Of a DNA stretch of 64,000 nt, positions 38,301 through 50,566 are shown piece after piece; position 1 is the stretch's first letter; each line of letters starts with the position of its first letter. The notes below the pieces were generated by a model. That model was not told where the DNA came from, made no database searches, and saw only the letters and a list, made by a program, of their open reading frames with translations. Both the position numbers and the translations under genes were made by a program. The DNA comes from Cyanophora paradoxa CCMP329 (lineage: Eukaryota; Plantae; Glaucophyta), in NCBI GenBank assembly GCA_004431415.1, contig QPMI01000064.1, positions 186,001-250,000 on the forward strand, in the 5' to 3' direction.

Positions 38301-41300
38301 GCTCGTGGTCTTCCTAGACGACCTGAACCTGCCGCAGCGGGAGAAGTACGGCTCGCAGCCGCCCCTCGAGCTCGTGCGCCAGTTCTGCGACCACGGCGGC
38401 TGGTACGCGGCTGCCGGGACCGACTTCCTCCGCGTGGAGGGCGTGCAACTCGTCGCCGCGATGGGCCCGCCGGGCGGCGGCCGGACAAGCATCAGCGCCC
38501 GCCTCAGCCGCCACTTCGGCCTGCTCTCCATCCCCGGGCCGAGCGGCGAAGCGCTCCGCAGCATCTACACGAGCGTGTGTTCGTGGTCGCTCGCCCAGCA
38601 CGGCTTCAGCGGGGACGTCGTGCGCCTGGCCCCCGCGCTCGCCGCCGCGACCGTGCAGCTGCACGAGAGGGCCGTGCAGGCGTTCCTCCCGACGGCCGCC
38701 AGGCCCCACTACGTCTTCACCGCCCGCAGGGTCGGCGAGCTCCTCCGCGGCGTCCTGCTCGCCTCGCCGCAGCGCGTCGCGACGGCCGAGGCGGCGGCGC
38801 GCCTCTGGGCCCACGAGGCGCTCCGCGTCTACGCCGACACGCTCGTGGACGACGCGGACCGCGCGGCGCTCGTGGCGGCGGTGCGGGAGGCGGCGGCGGG
38901 GCCGCTCGGCGTCCCCTCGAGCGTGCCTGCGCGCACCTCGCGGGCACCGACGCGGAGGGCTGCGGGAGCTGCACTGGGCGGGCGTGGCGGGCCGCTACGA
39001 GGAGCACGAGGCGGGCGAGCTGGCGCAGGCTCTGCAGGCGGCCGTGGAGGCGGACGGCGCCGGCGGCACGCTCCTCTTCCGCTCCGCCGTCGAGCACGCC
39101 GCGCGCGCCTCGCGCACCCTCACCGTCCCCGGCTGCCACGCCATCGTGCTCGGCGTGCCGGGCTCGGGCCGCGCCGAGCTCGTGCGGCTCGCCGCACGGC
39201 TGGCGGGGGCCGAGGTCGCCGAGCCCGCGCCCGAGTGGCGCAACGGCCTGCGGCGGCTGATGCGGCAGGCGGCGGCGCGGCGGACGGCACTCGTGCTGCA
39301 GGAGTCGCACCTCGAGGGCGGCTCCGTCCTGGATGACGTCTCGGCCCTCGTGAAGGGCGACGAGCTCCCGGGTCTCTTCTCCGCGGCCGAGCGCGCCGAG
39401 CTGGGCGAGCTCGTGCGGCATCTCGCCCCGGCCGGCGCCGCGCCGACGCCCGACGCCCTGCACGCCCTCTTCCTCGGCCAGTGCCGCCAGAACCTGCACC
39501 TCGTCCTCCTCCTCTCCCCCTCCGGCGACGACGCCCGCGCCCGCTTCCGCGACTTCCCCGCCCTCCTTGAGTCCTGCACCGTCGACTGGCGCGCCACGCC
39601 GCCGGTGCCGCGCCGCCGGCCCCGCGCCTGACGCGCTGCCGCAGGTTCGGCGAGCTCCCAGAGACGGTGCTGCACGCCGTGGCGGGCAAGGCGCTTGCCG
39701 GGGCGCAGCTGGAGGCGGCCGCGCGCGCCCCGCTGGTGCAGGCGTCCGTCGCCATCCACGCCTCCGTCGGCACCCTCCTCGTGCAGTTTGGGGCCGAGTT
39801 CAGGGGCCACCTGCCCGCCGCGCCGCCCTCCTTCGCGAGCTTCCTGGCTACCTTCAAGGCCCTGCTCGCCTCCAAGCGGCAGGAGCTTGCCGAGCAGCGG
39901 CAGCGCCTCGGGCTCGGCCTCGCGAAGCTGGCGGCGACGCGCCTGCGGCTCGAGTTCCTCCTCAAGGAGCAGGAGCAGATGGCGGCGGACATCGCGCGCG
40001 CGCAGACGGAGGCGGCCGCGACGGCCGCGTCGATCGCCGCGAAGAAGGTGGAGACGGCGCGCGCGCTGGAACGCGTCGCGGCGCAGCAGCAGTTCGCCGG
40101 GGAGCGCGCGGAGGAGGCGCGGGCGATCAAGGAGGCATGCGACGGCGAGCTCGCGCGGGCAGCGCCCGCCCTCGAGGCGGCGCTGGCGGCGCTGGACACG
40201 CTCAAGCCGGGCGACATCGCGCTGCTGCGGACGATGCAAAACCCGCCGGAGGGCGTGCGCCTCGTGATGGAGGCCGTCTGCGTCATGGCCGACGTGCGGC
40301 CCGTTGTGGCTGGCACCACCTCCGCGGGCGAACCGGTCCGGGACTACTGGGAGCCCGCCAAGAAGGCCCGTCTTCGCGCATCTGAATTCGAGACTCGCCC
40401 CTGACGCGCCGCCGCAGATGCTGTCGGACCCAGACTTCATCCGCAGCCTGAGGAGCTACGACAAGGAGCAGATCATGCCGAGCATCGCGAAGACCATCGA
40501 GGCCGTGTACCTCCCGGACGAGCGATTCCAGCCGGCCGCGGTGCGGCAGGACTCGCGCTCGGCGGCGGCCGTCGGCCTCTGCCTCTGGGTGCACGCCATC
40601 TTCGGGTACCGGCGCGTGCTGCGGGAGCTGCGGCCGAAGCGGGAGGCGGCGCGCGCGGCGGACGCCCTCTGCGAGAGGACGATGGCGGAGGTGGCCGAGC
40701 TCCGCGCGCAGCTGCAGCGGGCGGAGGGCGAGCTCGCGGCGCTCGACCGCCAGCTCGCCGCCACGCAGCGGCGCGCGGCCGAGGCGGAGGCGGCCCGGCG
40801 GCGCAGCGCGGCCAAGTCGGCCCGCGGCAGCCGCCTTTTGGAGGAGCTTGCAGACGAGCGCGAGCGGTGGGAGCGCGCGGCCGCCGAGCTCCGCGCCGGC
40901 GAGCCGCGCCTTGTCGGCGACGTCCTCCTCGCGGCCGCCTGCGTCTCGTACGCGGGGCCCTTCCCCCCCGCCTACCGCGAGCGCGCACTGCCGGCCTGGC
41001 TGGAGGCCTGCCGCGCCTCCGCCCTGGCGCACACGAGCCCCTTCGCGCTCCAGGCGGTGCTCGGGGACCCCCTCGCGGTCGGCGAGTGGCACGCGCTCGG
41101 GCTCCCGGCCGACGGCTTCTCGACCGACAACGGCGTCATCGCCCTCGCCTCCCGCAGGCGCGCCGCCCCACGAGACGGCCGCCTGCAGCTAATTGCATCG
41201 CAGGTGGCCCCTCATGATCGACCCGCAAGACCGGGCGAACCGGTGGGTCAAGAACATGGAGAAGGCGAATGGCCTCGTGGTGCGCGCCGTCCCTCCGATG

Positions 41301-44300
41301 ATTCCGCCGCTCCGCCCGATCGATTCCCCAGGTCCTCCGGTCGCTGCAAGGGGAGGGCCTCCGGCAGTTCGAGGCGGCGGTGCGGGCGGGGAGCCCCGCG
41401 CTGGTCGAGAACGTGGGCGAGGAGCTCGAGCCGGCCCTGCTGCCGCTGCTGAGGAAGGAGGTCGTCGAGAGCGGCGGCGCGCGCTTCGTCTTCCTCGGCG
41501 GCGCCGCCGTCGAGTATGGGGACGGCTTCCGCCTCTACCTCACCTCCCGCCTGCCCGCCGGCCGCCTGCGCGCCGAGCTCGTCGCCCGCGCGTGCGTCGT
41601 CAGCTTCGTGGAGACGCCCGAGGGCCTCGAGGAGCAGCTGCTCGGGGCCGCGCTGGCCATCGAGCACCCGGAGACGGTCGAGTGGAACCAGCGGCTCGTG
41701 CAGGCGCGGCTCGGCCGCGACCTTCGGCGGGCGCAGGAGGCCGTCCTTGAGCAGCTCTCCAAGTCCGACGGGGATCTGCTGGAGGAGGAGGGCGAGGCGG
41801 CCGTCGAGCGCATGCGCGCCTCGCACGCCCTCGCGCGCCAGATCGCCGAGAAGCGCCGCGCCGCCGAGGCCGAGCTGGCGGCCGAGCGGCGGCTGCGGGC
41901 GGGCCTGGAGCCCGTCGCCCGCGCCGGCGCGACCTCTTCTTCGCCGCTTCGGAGCTCCTCCACGTGAACCCGATGTACCAGTACAGGTGCGAGCTTCTGC
42001 ATCCTCGCCGCGAGGTCATAACTGAACTCCTTCGCCTACAGCCTGGCGTGGTTCACGGGCCTCTTCGGTGCCCTCGTGCGGCAGACGCCGCGGCGGGCCC
42101 CCGACCGCGCGGCCGAGCTCGTTGCGGCCGTGCGCTTCGGCGCCTTCTCCGCCGTCTGCCGCTCCCTCTTCGATCGCGACCGCCTCCTCTTCGCCCTGCT
42201 CCTCGCCGCGCTCACCCTGCGGAGGGAGGGCGCGCTGGAGCCCGCCGAGTGGGCCTTCTTCGCCACCGGCGGCCTCTTCGGCGGCGAGGGCGCCGCCGCC
42301 GCCAACCCGGCCCCCGCCTGGCTGCCCGCCCCCGCCTGGTCCGCCCTTGCCCGCCTCGCCCGCCTCCCTGGCCTCGCCGCCTTCCCCGCCCGCTTCGCCA
42401 AGGAGACGGCCGGCTGGCGCACGGTCTTCGAGGGCGCCGAGCCGCACGCGGCGGCCTTCCCCGGCGCGCCGCTTCCCCCCTTCCACCGCCTCCTCGTCCT
42501 CCGCTGCCTGCGCCCCGACTCAGTCGTCCCCGCCGCCCGCGCCTTCGTCGCCGAGACGCTCGGCGAGCGCTTCGCGCGGCCGCCGCCCGCGACGCTCCAG
42601 GAGGCCCTGGACCTCTCGACGCCCGCCAGCCCCCTCCTCTTCGTGCTGAGCTCCGGGGTGGATTTCACGGGCGAGCTGCTGGCCCTCGCGGAGCGCGCGG
42701 GCCGGCGGGACGACCTCTCCATCGTCTCCCTGGGGCAGGGGCAGGGGCCCGCCGCCGCCCGCCTCCTCCTCGAGGCCTCCCGCACGGGCAAGTGGCTCCT
42801 GCTCGCGAACTGCCACCTAGCCGGCTCCTGGCTCCATCAGCTCGAGCGGGCGCGCCCCTCTCTGTACTCTGTTCGGCCCGCGCGCCGCTGACGCCACTGA
42901 TAAATTAGATGTGCGAGAACTTCGTGCCGGAGGCCCTGCATCCGAACTTCCGCCTCTGGCTCACGTCGCAGCCCAAGGAGGACTTCCCGCTGCTCCTCCT
43001 CCGCAGCTCCCTGAAGATCACGAGCGAGGCGCCCCGGGGCCTCCGCGCCGCCCTCGCGCGGTCCCTGGCGGCCAGCGGCGGCGAGCCCGAGCTGCCCGAG
43101 GCGAGCGCGCGCGAGTGGCGCCGCCTCCGCTTCGCCCTCTGCCTCGCGCACGCCGTCGTCCTCGAGCGGCGCGAGTTCGGCCCGCTCGGCTGGTCCGCCC
43201 CGTACGAGTTCCACGACGCGGACCGCGCCGCGGCGCTCGCCGCCCTGCGGGAGGCCCTCCGGCGCGCCGGGGACGGGCCGCCGCCCTGGCGGACCTGGCG
43301 CGGGCGGCCGCCGAGCAGCACTACGGCGGGCGCGCCGACGGCGACCACGACCGTGCCCTCCTCCGGTCCCTCTTCTCCCAGGCGTACGGCGGCGTTGGGA
43401 TCGGCGGCATTCCACTGCCGCCCGACGGGACCCTCGAGGATCACGTCTCCTTCGCCGCCGCGCTGCCCGACGATGGCGACGCCGCCGCCGCCGCGGTCGG
43501 CCTCCACGTGAACGCGAGGCACGCGGTCGCGCCCCGGATTCCTCGCGCCTGACGCGGGCGGCAGCCTCGCGCGGCGGCGGGCGGAGGCGGCGAGCCTGCT
43601 CGAGGCGGTCCTGGCGACCCAGTTCACGGTGCCTCGGCGCGTTTCGCGCGCCGGGGCGCCTGCTGACGCGGCCACAGTCGTCGGCGGCGGCGGCGGCGGC
43701 GCGGGCGCGGGCGGGGCCAGCTCGAACCCCGACGCTCACGCGGTCGCGGGCAGTGCGCGGCCACAAACCGACCGCTCGCGCCCGCGGCTGATCCCTCCAC
43801 AGGCGTGCTGGAGGCCCTGGCGGGCCTCTCGGTCGGCCCCGCCAGCCCCTCGCTGGGGGACGGCCCCCTGCAGTCGGTGCTGGCGGCCGAGTCGGCGCGC
43901 TTCGAGCGGCTGCTGCGCGAGGTCGCCAACGCGCTGCGGACCCTCCGCCTCGCCCTCGAGGGCCGCGTCCCCATGAGCCCCGAGCGGGAGGACACGGCGG
44001 CCGCCCTGGCCGCGGGGCGCGTGCCGGAGAGCTGGTTCCGCTTCTCCTACCGATCCCTGCGGCCCCTCGGCGGGCGCGCCTCCCGCCCTTTGTCCCCTTT
44101 CTCCCTTCCCTCTGACCGCCCGCAGGTACGTGGCGGACTTGGCCGCGCGCGTCGCGTTCTTCGCGGCGTGGGCGGCGGGCCCCGCCCCGCCCGCCGCCTT
44201 CTGGCTCCCGGCCTTTTTCTCCCCGCACGCCTTCCTGGCCGCCGCGCGGCAGGCGCACGCGCGGGCCGCCGGCGCCTCCCTCGTCAGCGTCCGCCTCGCC

Positions 44301-44710
44301 TTCGACGTGCCCGTGCGTGCCCTGGCGATGCAATCCATACCGGCGCGCCGCTGACGCTCCGCAGGCGGCCGGGGCGCCGCCCCCGAGCGTGGCGTGCTCG
44401 TGCGCGGCCTCTTCCTCGACGGGGCGCGCTGGGACGAGGCCCGCGGCGCCCTCGGCGAGCAGAGGCCCGGCGAGCTGTACCCCCCGCTGCCCCCGCTTTG
44501 GGTCCGGCCCTGCGCCCCGGACGACCCCCGGCCGCCTCGAGCTCCGGCCCGCGGCACGCGTGCCCCCTGTACCAGCTGCCCACGCGCCGCGCGCCGCACC
44601 CGCTCCCCCCCTCCCTCAACCACGTCGTCGACGTGGCGCTCCCCTCCGACGCGCCGGCGGGGCACTGGCTCCAGCGCGGCGTCGCCCTCCTCTGCCACCC
44701 CCCCGACTAG
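32354..44710 (+). CDS. Divergent axonemal (inner-arm-like) dynein heavy chain whose tail is replaced by an acylated ARM-like domain; three 1-bp frameshifts as assembled
   Basis: Linker FPRFFFLS; VHARDV..WISQLR; YGYEY..LVVTPLTD. AAA1 GPAGTGKTET (36064), CFDEFNRIDVDVLSVVAQQ, TMN.GY.GR..LP..LK, YDWGMRA. AAA2 GVMLVGPPMAGKT, LDGPVDPAWVEDLNSLLDDN, SPATISR. AAA3 GPPAAGKT, FLDDLNLPQREKYGSQPPLELVRQ. AAA4 GVPGSGR. Stalk/MTBD PALEAALAALDTLKPGDI..NPPEGVRLVMEAVC. AAA5 RWPLMIDPQ. AAA6 SLGQGQG, NCHL, HPNFRLWLTS. C-terminus GLFLDGARWD, CPLY, HWLQRGVALLC, stop at 44710. Confidence 0.93.
32690..34450 (+). other. ARM-like helical domain at the dynein N-terminus (copy 2 of the shared domain)
   Basis: FNGDLNAALSKLHSLC, LGRIPPDSLGPRDWADLLAFC, LARLELAAAVLSALEA, GGWWRIEA, ELALACTATL and ALERLR each match the NLR domain. 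Confidence 0.85.
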
Positions 44711-45050
44711 CCCCTAGTAGTCTAGTACCTAGTTAAGGAAGCAGACGTAATGCTTCGTGATCTCTGTAAAGTGGCATCTCTCTAGTCGCTGTCGCTAGAG
44801 TCCTCGTCCGAGTCTTGGTCGTGCTGGATGAAGCGGAGGGCGGCGGCCCACCGCGCCGCTGCCTCTAGCGACGCCCCCGGCGCCGGCCGCCGCGCCCACA
44901 GGCCCTCCATCTCCAGCCTCAGGTTCTTTGTTCCCCGCCCCCGCGTCCGCGCGGCGGTCCAGCTGCTCGCCCGGCGCGTCCCCCCCGATCGCCCGCACGA
45001 GGAGCCGCACGTCCTCCCAGTCCCCCTCCTCCTCCCGCACGTCGTCTCAC

Positions 45051-45173
45051 GAGCTCCGCGCGGTCCGATGTCCGAAAGGCTTAGTCCCGTAGGTTCATCT
45101 CTCGACTTGACACAGATGGACACCTCAGTTATATCTCTATAGCTAGCCATTTGTCTCGGTGTGTGCGAATTCA
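45051..45173 (+). repeat. Dispersed direct repeat, copy 1 (~120 bp)
   Basis: Near-identical to 52590-52706, apart from a few substitutions and a 6-bp TAGCTA insertion. Confidence 0.9.
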
Positions 45174-45499
45174 GTTATCACTCCCGCGCGTCGTCTGCGG
45201 GCCCCCTGCGCGACTCAGTGGGGCTAACCTCTCTCTCCTTTCGTCTCCCCCCGCCCCCCGCCCCCCCCCCTCCCCCCCCTCCCCTCCGCTTCGCCCTCTG
45301 CTCCCTTTTCCCTTCACATGTACAGCGTCCCTAGCTTCCTCAAACTCCCTCCCCTTCTCACCCCCTCTTGGCCCCACCCATCGTCTGCCAGATCTAGAGG
45401 CCCTGAGGCCCCACCCATCGTCTGTCCCACCCCTCTTTATAACCCACGCGTACGTCTGCCAGAGTCTGCATGTCTGACCGGCAGTGATCATGACCCATT

Positions 45500-47060
45500 T
45501 TTCCCCCGTCCTGAAGCTCCGAGGCTCGATGGCAATCATTGAATGGCCGAGGCTTCCGCTGCGCCGAGCCCCGCTGAAAAAGCTTCAAGGCTTACTCACC
45601 ATCCAGCCTCACTGAGTCAGCGCCGCCGGCGCCGCCGACCGTCGGACTCGGCGAGATCGAGCTAGGCCGGGCGCGGAAACGAGCTCCAAATTCGAAATGA
45701 TCATTTGCCGACTCCATGCGCGCATGCGCGTGCATCGCAGCATGTATGCGCGCATGCTAGCTCTAGAATAGCATATATATTTAATATTCCAATTCTGTGC
45801 GGGGAGCTCCAACATAGATCTCGACGTCGAGCAGCGCAGCTTGGAGCACCTCGCGGAACTCGGGATGCTGAAGGATGTCATCGGCGGCTGCGAGCCAGAG
45901 ATCCAGATGGCGGAGGTGCCGGAGGGTGGCGACGGCGGCGACGCCGCTCGGGGACCTTAGCGGCAGCTTCGAGCGCACAGACAGCCTCTCGAGAGAAGGG
46001 ACGTCGGTGCCAAGTCTCTGCACACAATTACAAGATTAAATGACACCACGTGCACATTTGAAAGCAGCTAAGTTATGGCGAAGTTAAGCACTACAAGCGC
46101 CAGCTCCGAATTCACCTGCAGAAATGCACTCGGTATCTCCTCGCGAATTGGCTCTCTTCTGAGCAAAGCGCTGAGCGTGGGCGCCGGGCAGGAAACAGAA
46201 AGAGACTTGAGCTTCGACCACTGGGTCATGGGATGTTGAGCACAGGCTGAATAAGTCAAGAGACAAGGCCTGCGCATGCACATGATGCATGCGAAATTAT
46301 AGGTTTATATCGATCGATGAGTGGCATGTTGAGAGGTCACGCATGCGCATCTCTAGCTCAGAAAATCTCGTAACTGTCCGAGCAAACATTGTGCGGCTGG
46401 CTTCACTAAATGCAAGGTCGACGTCCTCGAAGCACCCGAACGCGGCATTTCGCAGCCGCTCGGCGCTGTTCAGAAGCGGCCATATGTCCAAGGTACGAAG
46501 GTTGAACAAGGCAACGTATTCGAGCTCCGACATGCCTTGCAAGAAGCCGAGGTGCTCTTGATGCGCTCTCATTTGGAACGCTGCACGATCAAGGTCAGTT
46601 AAAAGGGCGAGACTAGCTATACTTCTTGCATACACTGACTGATTATTATATATACGTGCATGCGCATGCACCACGCAGAGACGTCATGCCAGAGAGCGGT
46701 TGAAGTTCCATCGCGGAGAGAGATGGCTGGATTTCTGATCCGCGGCCTCTGTCTTCAAAATAAGTATAAAACTCTGGAAAAAGCAGATCGATATCGATGT
46801 CAGTATATATGCAAACCGGAAAGAAATATCAATCAAACCAATCAGTCGCAATTACCCATTTTCAGCTGCTCCAACTGTTGGAAGGCTGCAACTGACGAGA
46901 ACACGCGACGCATATGCCCACTGCAGCTGCAGGGCCCGACCTTCCGCCTCGGCCTCCGCCCGACCCTGCGGTTCCGACCCCGCGTGCACTCTCCAGATTT
47001 AGACCTGCCCTGTAGCTACCCTTCCTCCTGGATGCTCTGCCGCGAGCCCGAACCCCATAG
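45500..47060 (-). pseudogene. Degraded LRR-like (F-box/LRR-type) gene fragments
   Basis: Exon fragments with LxxLxL periodicity: PSLERLSVRS, LRHLRHLDLW, WSKLKSLSVSC, MSELEYVALFNL. I could not build a complete frame. Confidence 0.35.
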
Positions 47061-47429
47061 ATCACCCGCTTCGGATACCGAATAACGCTAAGCCTCGGAT
47101 ACCCGTAGCACTGTTTAACTTCTATGCCTACGTACAGATACAAAAACTAAAAAGGGGGACATGTATAATTAAAAGTCAGTCGCAGTACTCAGTAATGACC
47201 ATCGACTTCGATAGTTTCGAGTGATACATCCAGCAGCAGCAGCTTCCGAAAGCCAAGGCGAAGAGAGAGACAGCCCAGACAGCTGCTTGGTAGCCGGCTC
47301 CCACATATCCATAAAGCGCGGATCCTGCGCTTGGCCCCACCTACGAAGCGGTCCGTCTTCATAATCAGACATGCGAGCTTCAAAGATGCTGAAACAAAAA
47401 CAGAGAGGACGCGCCAGATATGCAATCGC

Positions 47430-50160
47430 CATCACAAAATTGTCGGAAGTGTACAGGGCGCCGTAATCGTTGGCTCGATTGCCGTTCGCGTGCTCTTGCT
47501 GACGAAGATCGATATCGCGATCGAGTTCGCTGCAGTGGCGATGGTCTACGTCGATGCCGACAAGCTCGCGATCGCGGCTTCCGGATCCCTGCTCGTGACG
47601 AAAACTCTCATCGCCGCCGAATATAATTAACTCCAACTGTGGCTGATCATGATATAGATCATGATCATGGGTCGGAGGCTGCAATTGCGCATGCATATGC
47701 AAGGGTCGGCCACCACCACCGCAAGGTTCGCTGACAACGCTGGCTATAGCTAGCGCTCCGCACGTATGCCGTTCTAGATCTGAACATGTGCGCTGCTGCA
47801 GCTGATTGTTGGTTGCGCGTGTGTTGGTGCCCATGGGACTGGTACGGCTGTTGTGCATGTTGCGCACGTGTGGTTCCGACGTCGACGTTGCTGGCTGAAT
47901 CCGTGGCTGGCGATCGGATCCGGTGTTAATCTTTCGTATACTGGCTTCCGTCTGCGCTTCCACCCAGTCGTCGTAAAGCTGATACAGGGTCGCTGCGCAT
48001 CATGCGGACGATGTCAGACCTTGAAAAACCATATACTGCGAACTATGAGAAATTAAACTTTCGCGCAAACACGTCTACGTATACTGTCCACGCACTTGTA
48101 CAGATTGCGTCGACCAGGTATCTGGCGGCAGCGATGGCTGCGAAGCCAATCCAGGAGATGATCTGTGGAGATTAACTTCAGAAATTAAAACGTTGCTCGG
48201 CGCTGCTCAACTTCACGAAAATACCAATTTGTTTGCCGCAAACACAGCAAGGACCGCGAGCCCTTGCACCGCAAGACCAAGGACAATGAGCTGCGTTCTC
48301 AGATCAGTCACTGAGTGTCAGCTAGCGCTGCTCTGCATTTTATTGCAGGACAGTACGCACTCGCCACTGTCCTTTGTTCCCGAGTACACGTGCGTTCGCC
48401 ATATAGTCATAAAGCATGCCGGCCAGCAGCGGGACGAAAAAGCCGGCAATAGGCTGCAGCAGGTCATAACTTCGGATGATCACCCATGCGAATTCGAAAT
48501 TACGATCACCTCTATGAGGACTGTGGCACTGATGACCGCAGATGTGGAACCCATCGTCGAGGCCATATACTGATCATGAGGCGCGCCAAATAGTAAGCCG
48601 AACGCGTGCATCCTCGCCGTCGATCGCGAGGGCCGGGTAGATGGACCTGGGGCATGACCGCGAACATAGCATAAAGGGTACAGTCGGCCACCAGCACTGC
48701 GCGCAGTCGATCGCGATCTCAGTCGGAACGTACGTATACGCGTGCAGCGGCTTCAGCTCCCGCGACGCACAGCAGATAATGGGAAGAATAGCTTTCCACT
48801 GGCGTCAACTGTACATGTCAGAATCGCCATCGAGGAAACGGAGCAGCCCTGAAGCGCGGAAACGCACGTGCAAGAAAAATTGGACTAAAGAAGAATAATC
48901 AGTTGCCAGAGCACTGCCCAGTTTGTATTCCACACCACGGCGCCGCCCTCCGCTTTTCCAGGGCCAACCCTGCGGGGCATCGTACTGACGAGCTTCAGCA
49001 ACAGTATTTACAGAGAAAGCGCATGGCTGTGTATCTCTGCAGTGATTCATGATCAGCGATTTCGGAAATTGGCTTACTGGCAGGAAAAACACCCGACAAA
49101 CGCCTTCCGCTGCGAGCGCACAGGTCGCCACAAGGCCGACGCCTCTTCGAGACAGCATTCCCGCGACCAGAAAGCCGCAGAGCTCGCCAAGACACCTGAA
49201 AGAGGCGCGCATTCACGGTCAAGGCACACGCTCAACAGACAAAATCGAGCAAATGCAAATCGCGAAGGACTGACCATGCCGCAATAAAAGTACCCAGAAA
49301 GAAACCGCGACCAATCGGTGGGATTTTGGGGAAGCGCTCAATCGCCATGGCTTGCCCCGCCACCTGGTTGATAGGTGTGATTTTTGTTTTGGTGAATTAC
49401 CGGCTACGAGGGCCTTTAATATTAATAGCGACGGGGGCCTCGCCCCACCGTAGGCTCTCAAAAACTCTTTCGCCATCGATATCCCCGTCTCTCGTAGTGC
49501 CGCTGCCAGAGTTGCAAAATTTAAATTGCCAGTGACGCACCCAGACGGTGCCCATGTTCAGGCCTTGGAGGACCCGGGCCAAGACGACAAGCCAGAAGGA
49601 GTCCGACAGGAACATGATCGAAATCCCAACGGTCACGCACACAAAGCTGATAAGAAGTGGTATCTGCGGCAGACAAATTGGTTTCTGACGTCACACATTA
49701 AATCGGCTGTTGTTTTTTTAGCTAGTTCGCCCCCGCACCTTCCTTCCGACCCTGTCAGACCAGGGCCCTGCGCATGAAATAAATGAAACGCTTTGTTTCG
49801 CACACCCGCATTCAGCTGGCGCCGGCCGTGGATCGGATCCGGAGCTTACCCATGGTCGGAACCGACAGCAGATACTATGATAGCTATATAGCCCAATCCA
49901 AGACCGCCGGATACGAGCCCGATTGTCTTTTCGGACGCCCCCAGCTCGTCGCGAAGGGCCGGAAGGATAGGAACCACCAAAACGCCAACTGATCATGATT
50001 GAGACCAGCGATCAGCCCCGGCGGGGGCCCCGCGGCCGATCCGGGGATCCACTATATATATCAAGCAAGCTTTGAATGCGCACCAACCCCGTCGACGATC
50101 ATGCTCAGCAGCGTGCAAACCCAGACCATGTAGAATGTCCGCGTACACATATGCATGCCG
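47430..50160 (-). pseudogene. Degraded MFS transporter
   Basis: Hydrophobic fragments TFYMVWVCTLLSMIVDGVG, VGISIMFLSDSFWLVVLARVLQGLNMGTVW (MFS TM4 R.LQG motif), LIVLGLAVQGLAVLAV, IISWIGFAAIAAARYLVD, interrupted by stops and frame changes. Confidence 0.5.
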
Positions 50161-50508
50161 TCTGGCTCCGCCAGATGGGCATCTATAGCGCTAGCTAGGT
50201 CTGTCTGGGTGCGCGCGCCACCATCATGCACCTGCACAACAGTCATAGCTGCATATGATATACGCGCGGGCGTATGCTGAACAAGTTTGTCAGAGCTCGA
50301 GTTGCGCCGCGTATCTTTCAGGACCACCACGAGCTCCGAATCCACGGACTGTACATATGCCGCCTTGCAGTTGGCTATGGGGGCCATATGGATGCGATCG
50401 TGGTCTTCGTTTCGCTGAGCTTCACACTCAGAAATCCGCCGGGCCGCGGCTAACTTGAACGCTGCGCATGCAGCTGCAGCTGTGCACGTGACATTAGAAG
50501 CTAGCATC

Positions 50509-50566
50509 CCTATAGCTATAGCTAGCTTTCTGTAGCAGCAAACAGAAAGCTAGCTATAGCTATAGG
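50509..50566. repeat. Perfect 25-bp inverted repeat with an 8-nt loop
   Basis: CCTATAGCTATAGCTAGCTTTCTGT (50509-50533) / ACAGAAAGCTAGCTATAGCTATAGG (50542-50566). Confidence 0.9.

Noticed and set aside
36012-38564. 850-aa minus-strand ORF, and other long Arg/Pro/Gly-rich ORFs such as 26488-28377 (+) and 38995-40440 (-)
   Set aside because: Antisense shadows of GC3-rich dynein and NLR exons; no domain-like content.
41930-44530. Programmed frameshifting in the dynein
   Set aside because: No slippery heptamers seen; single-base homopolymer losses are a simpler explanation.
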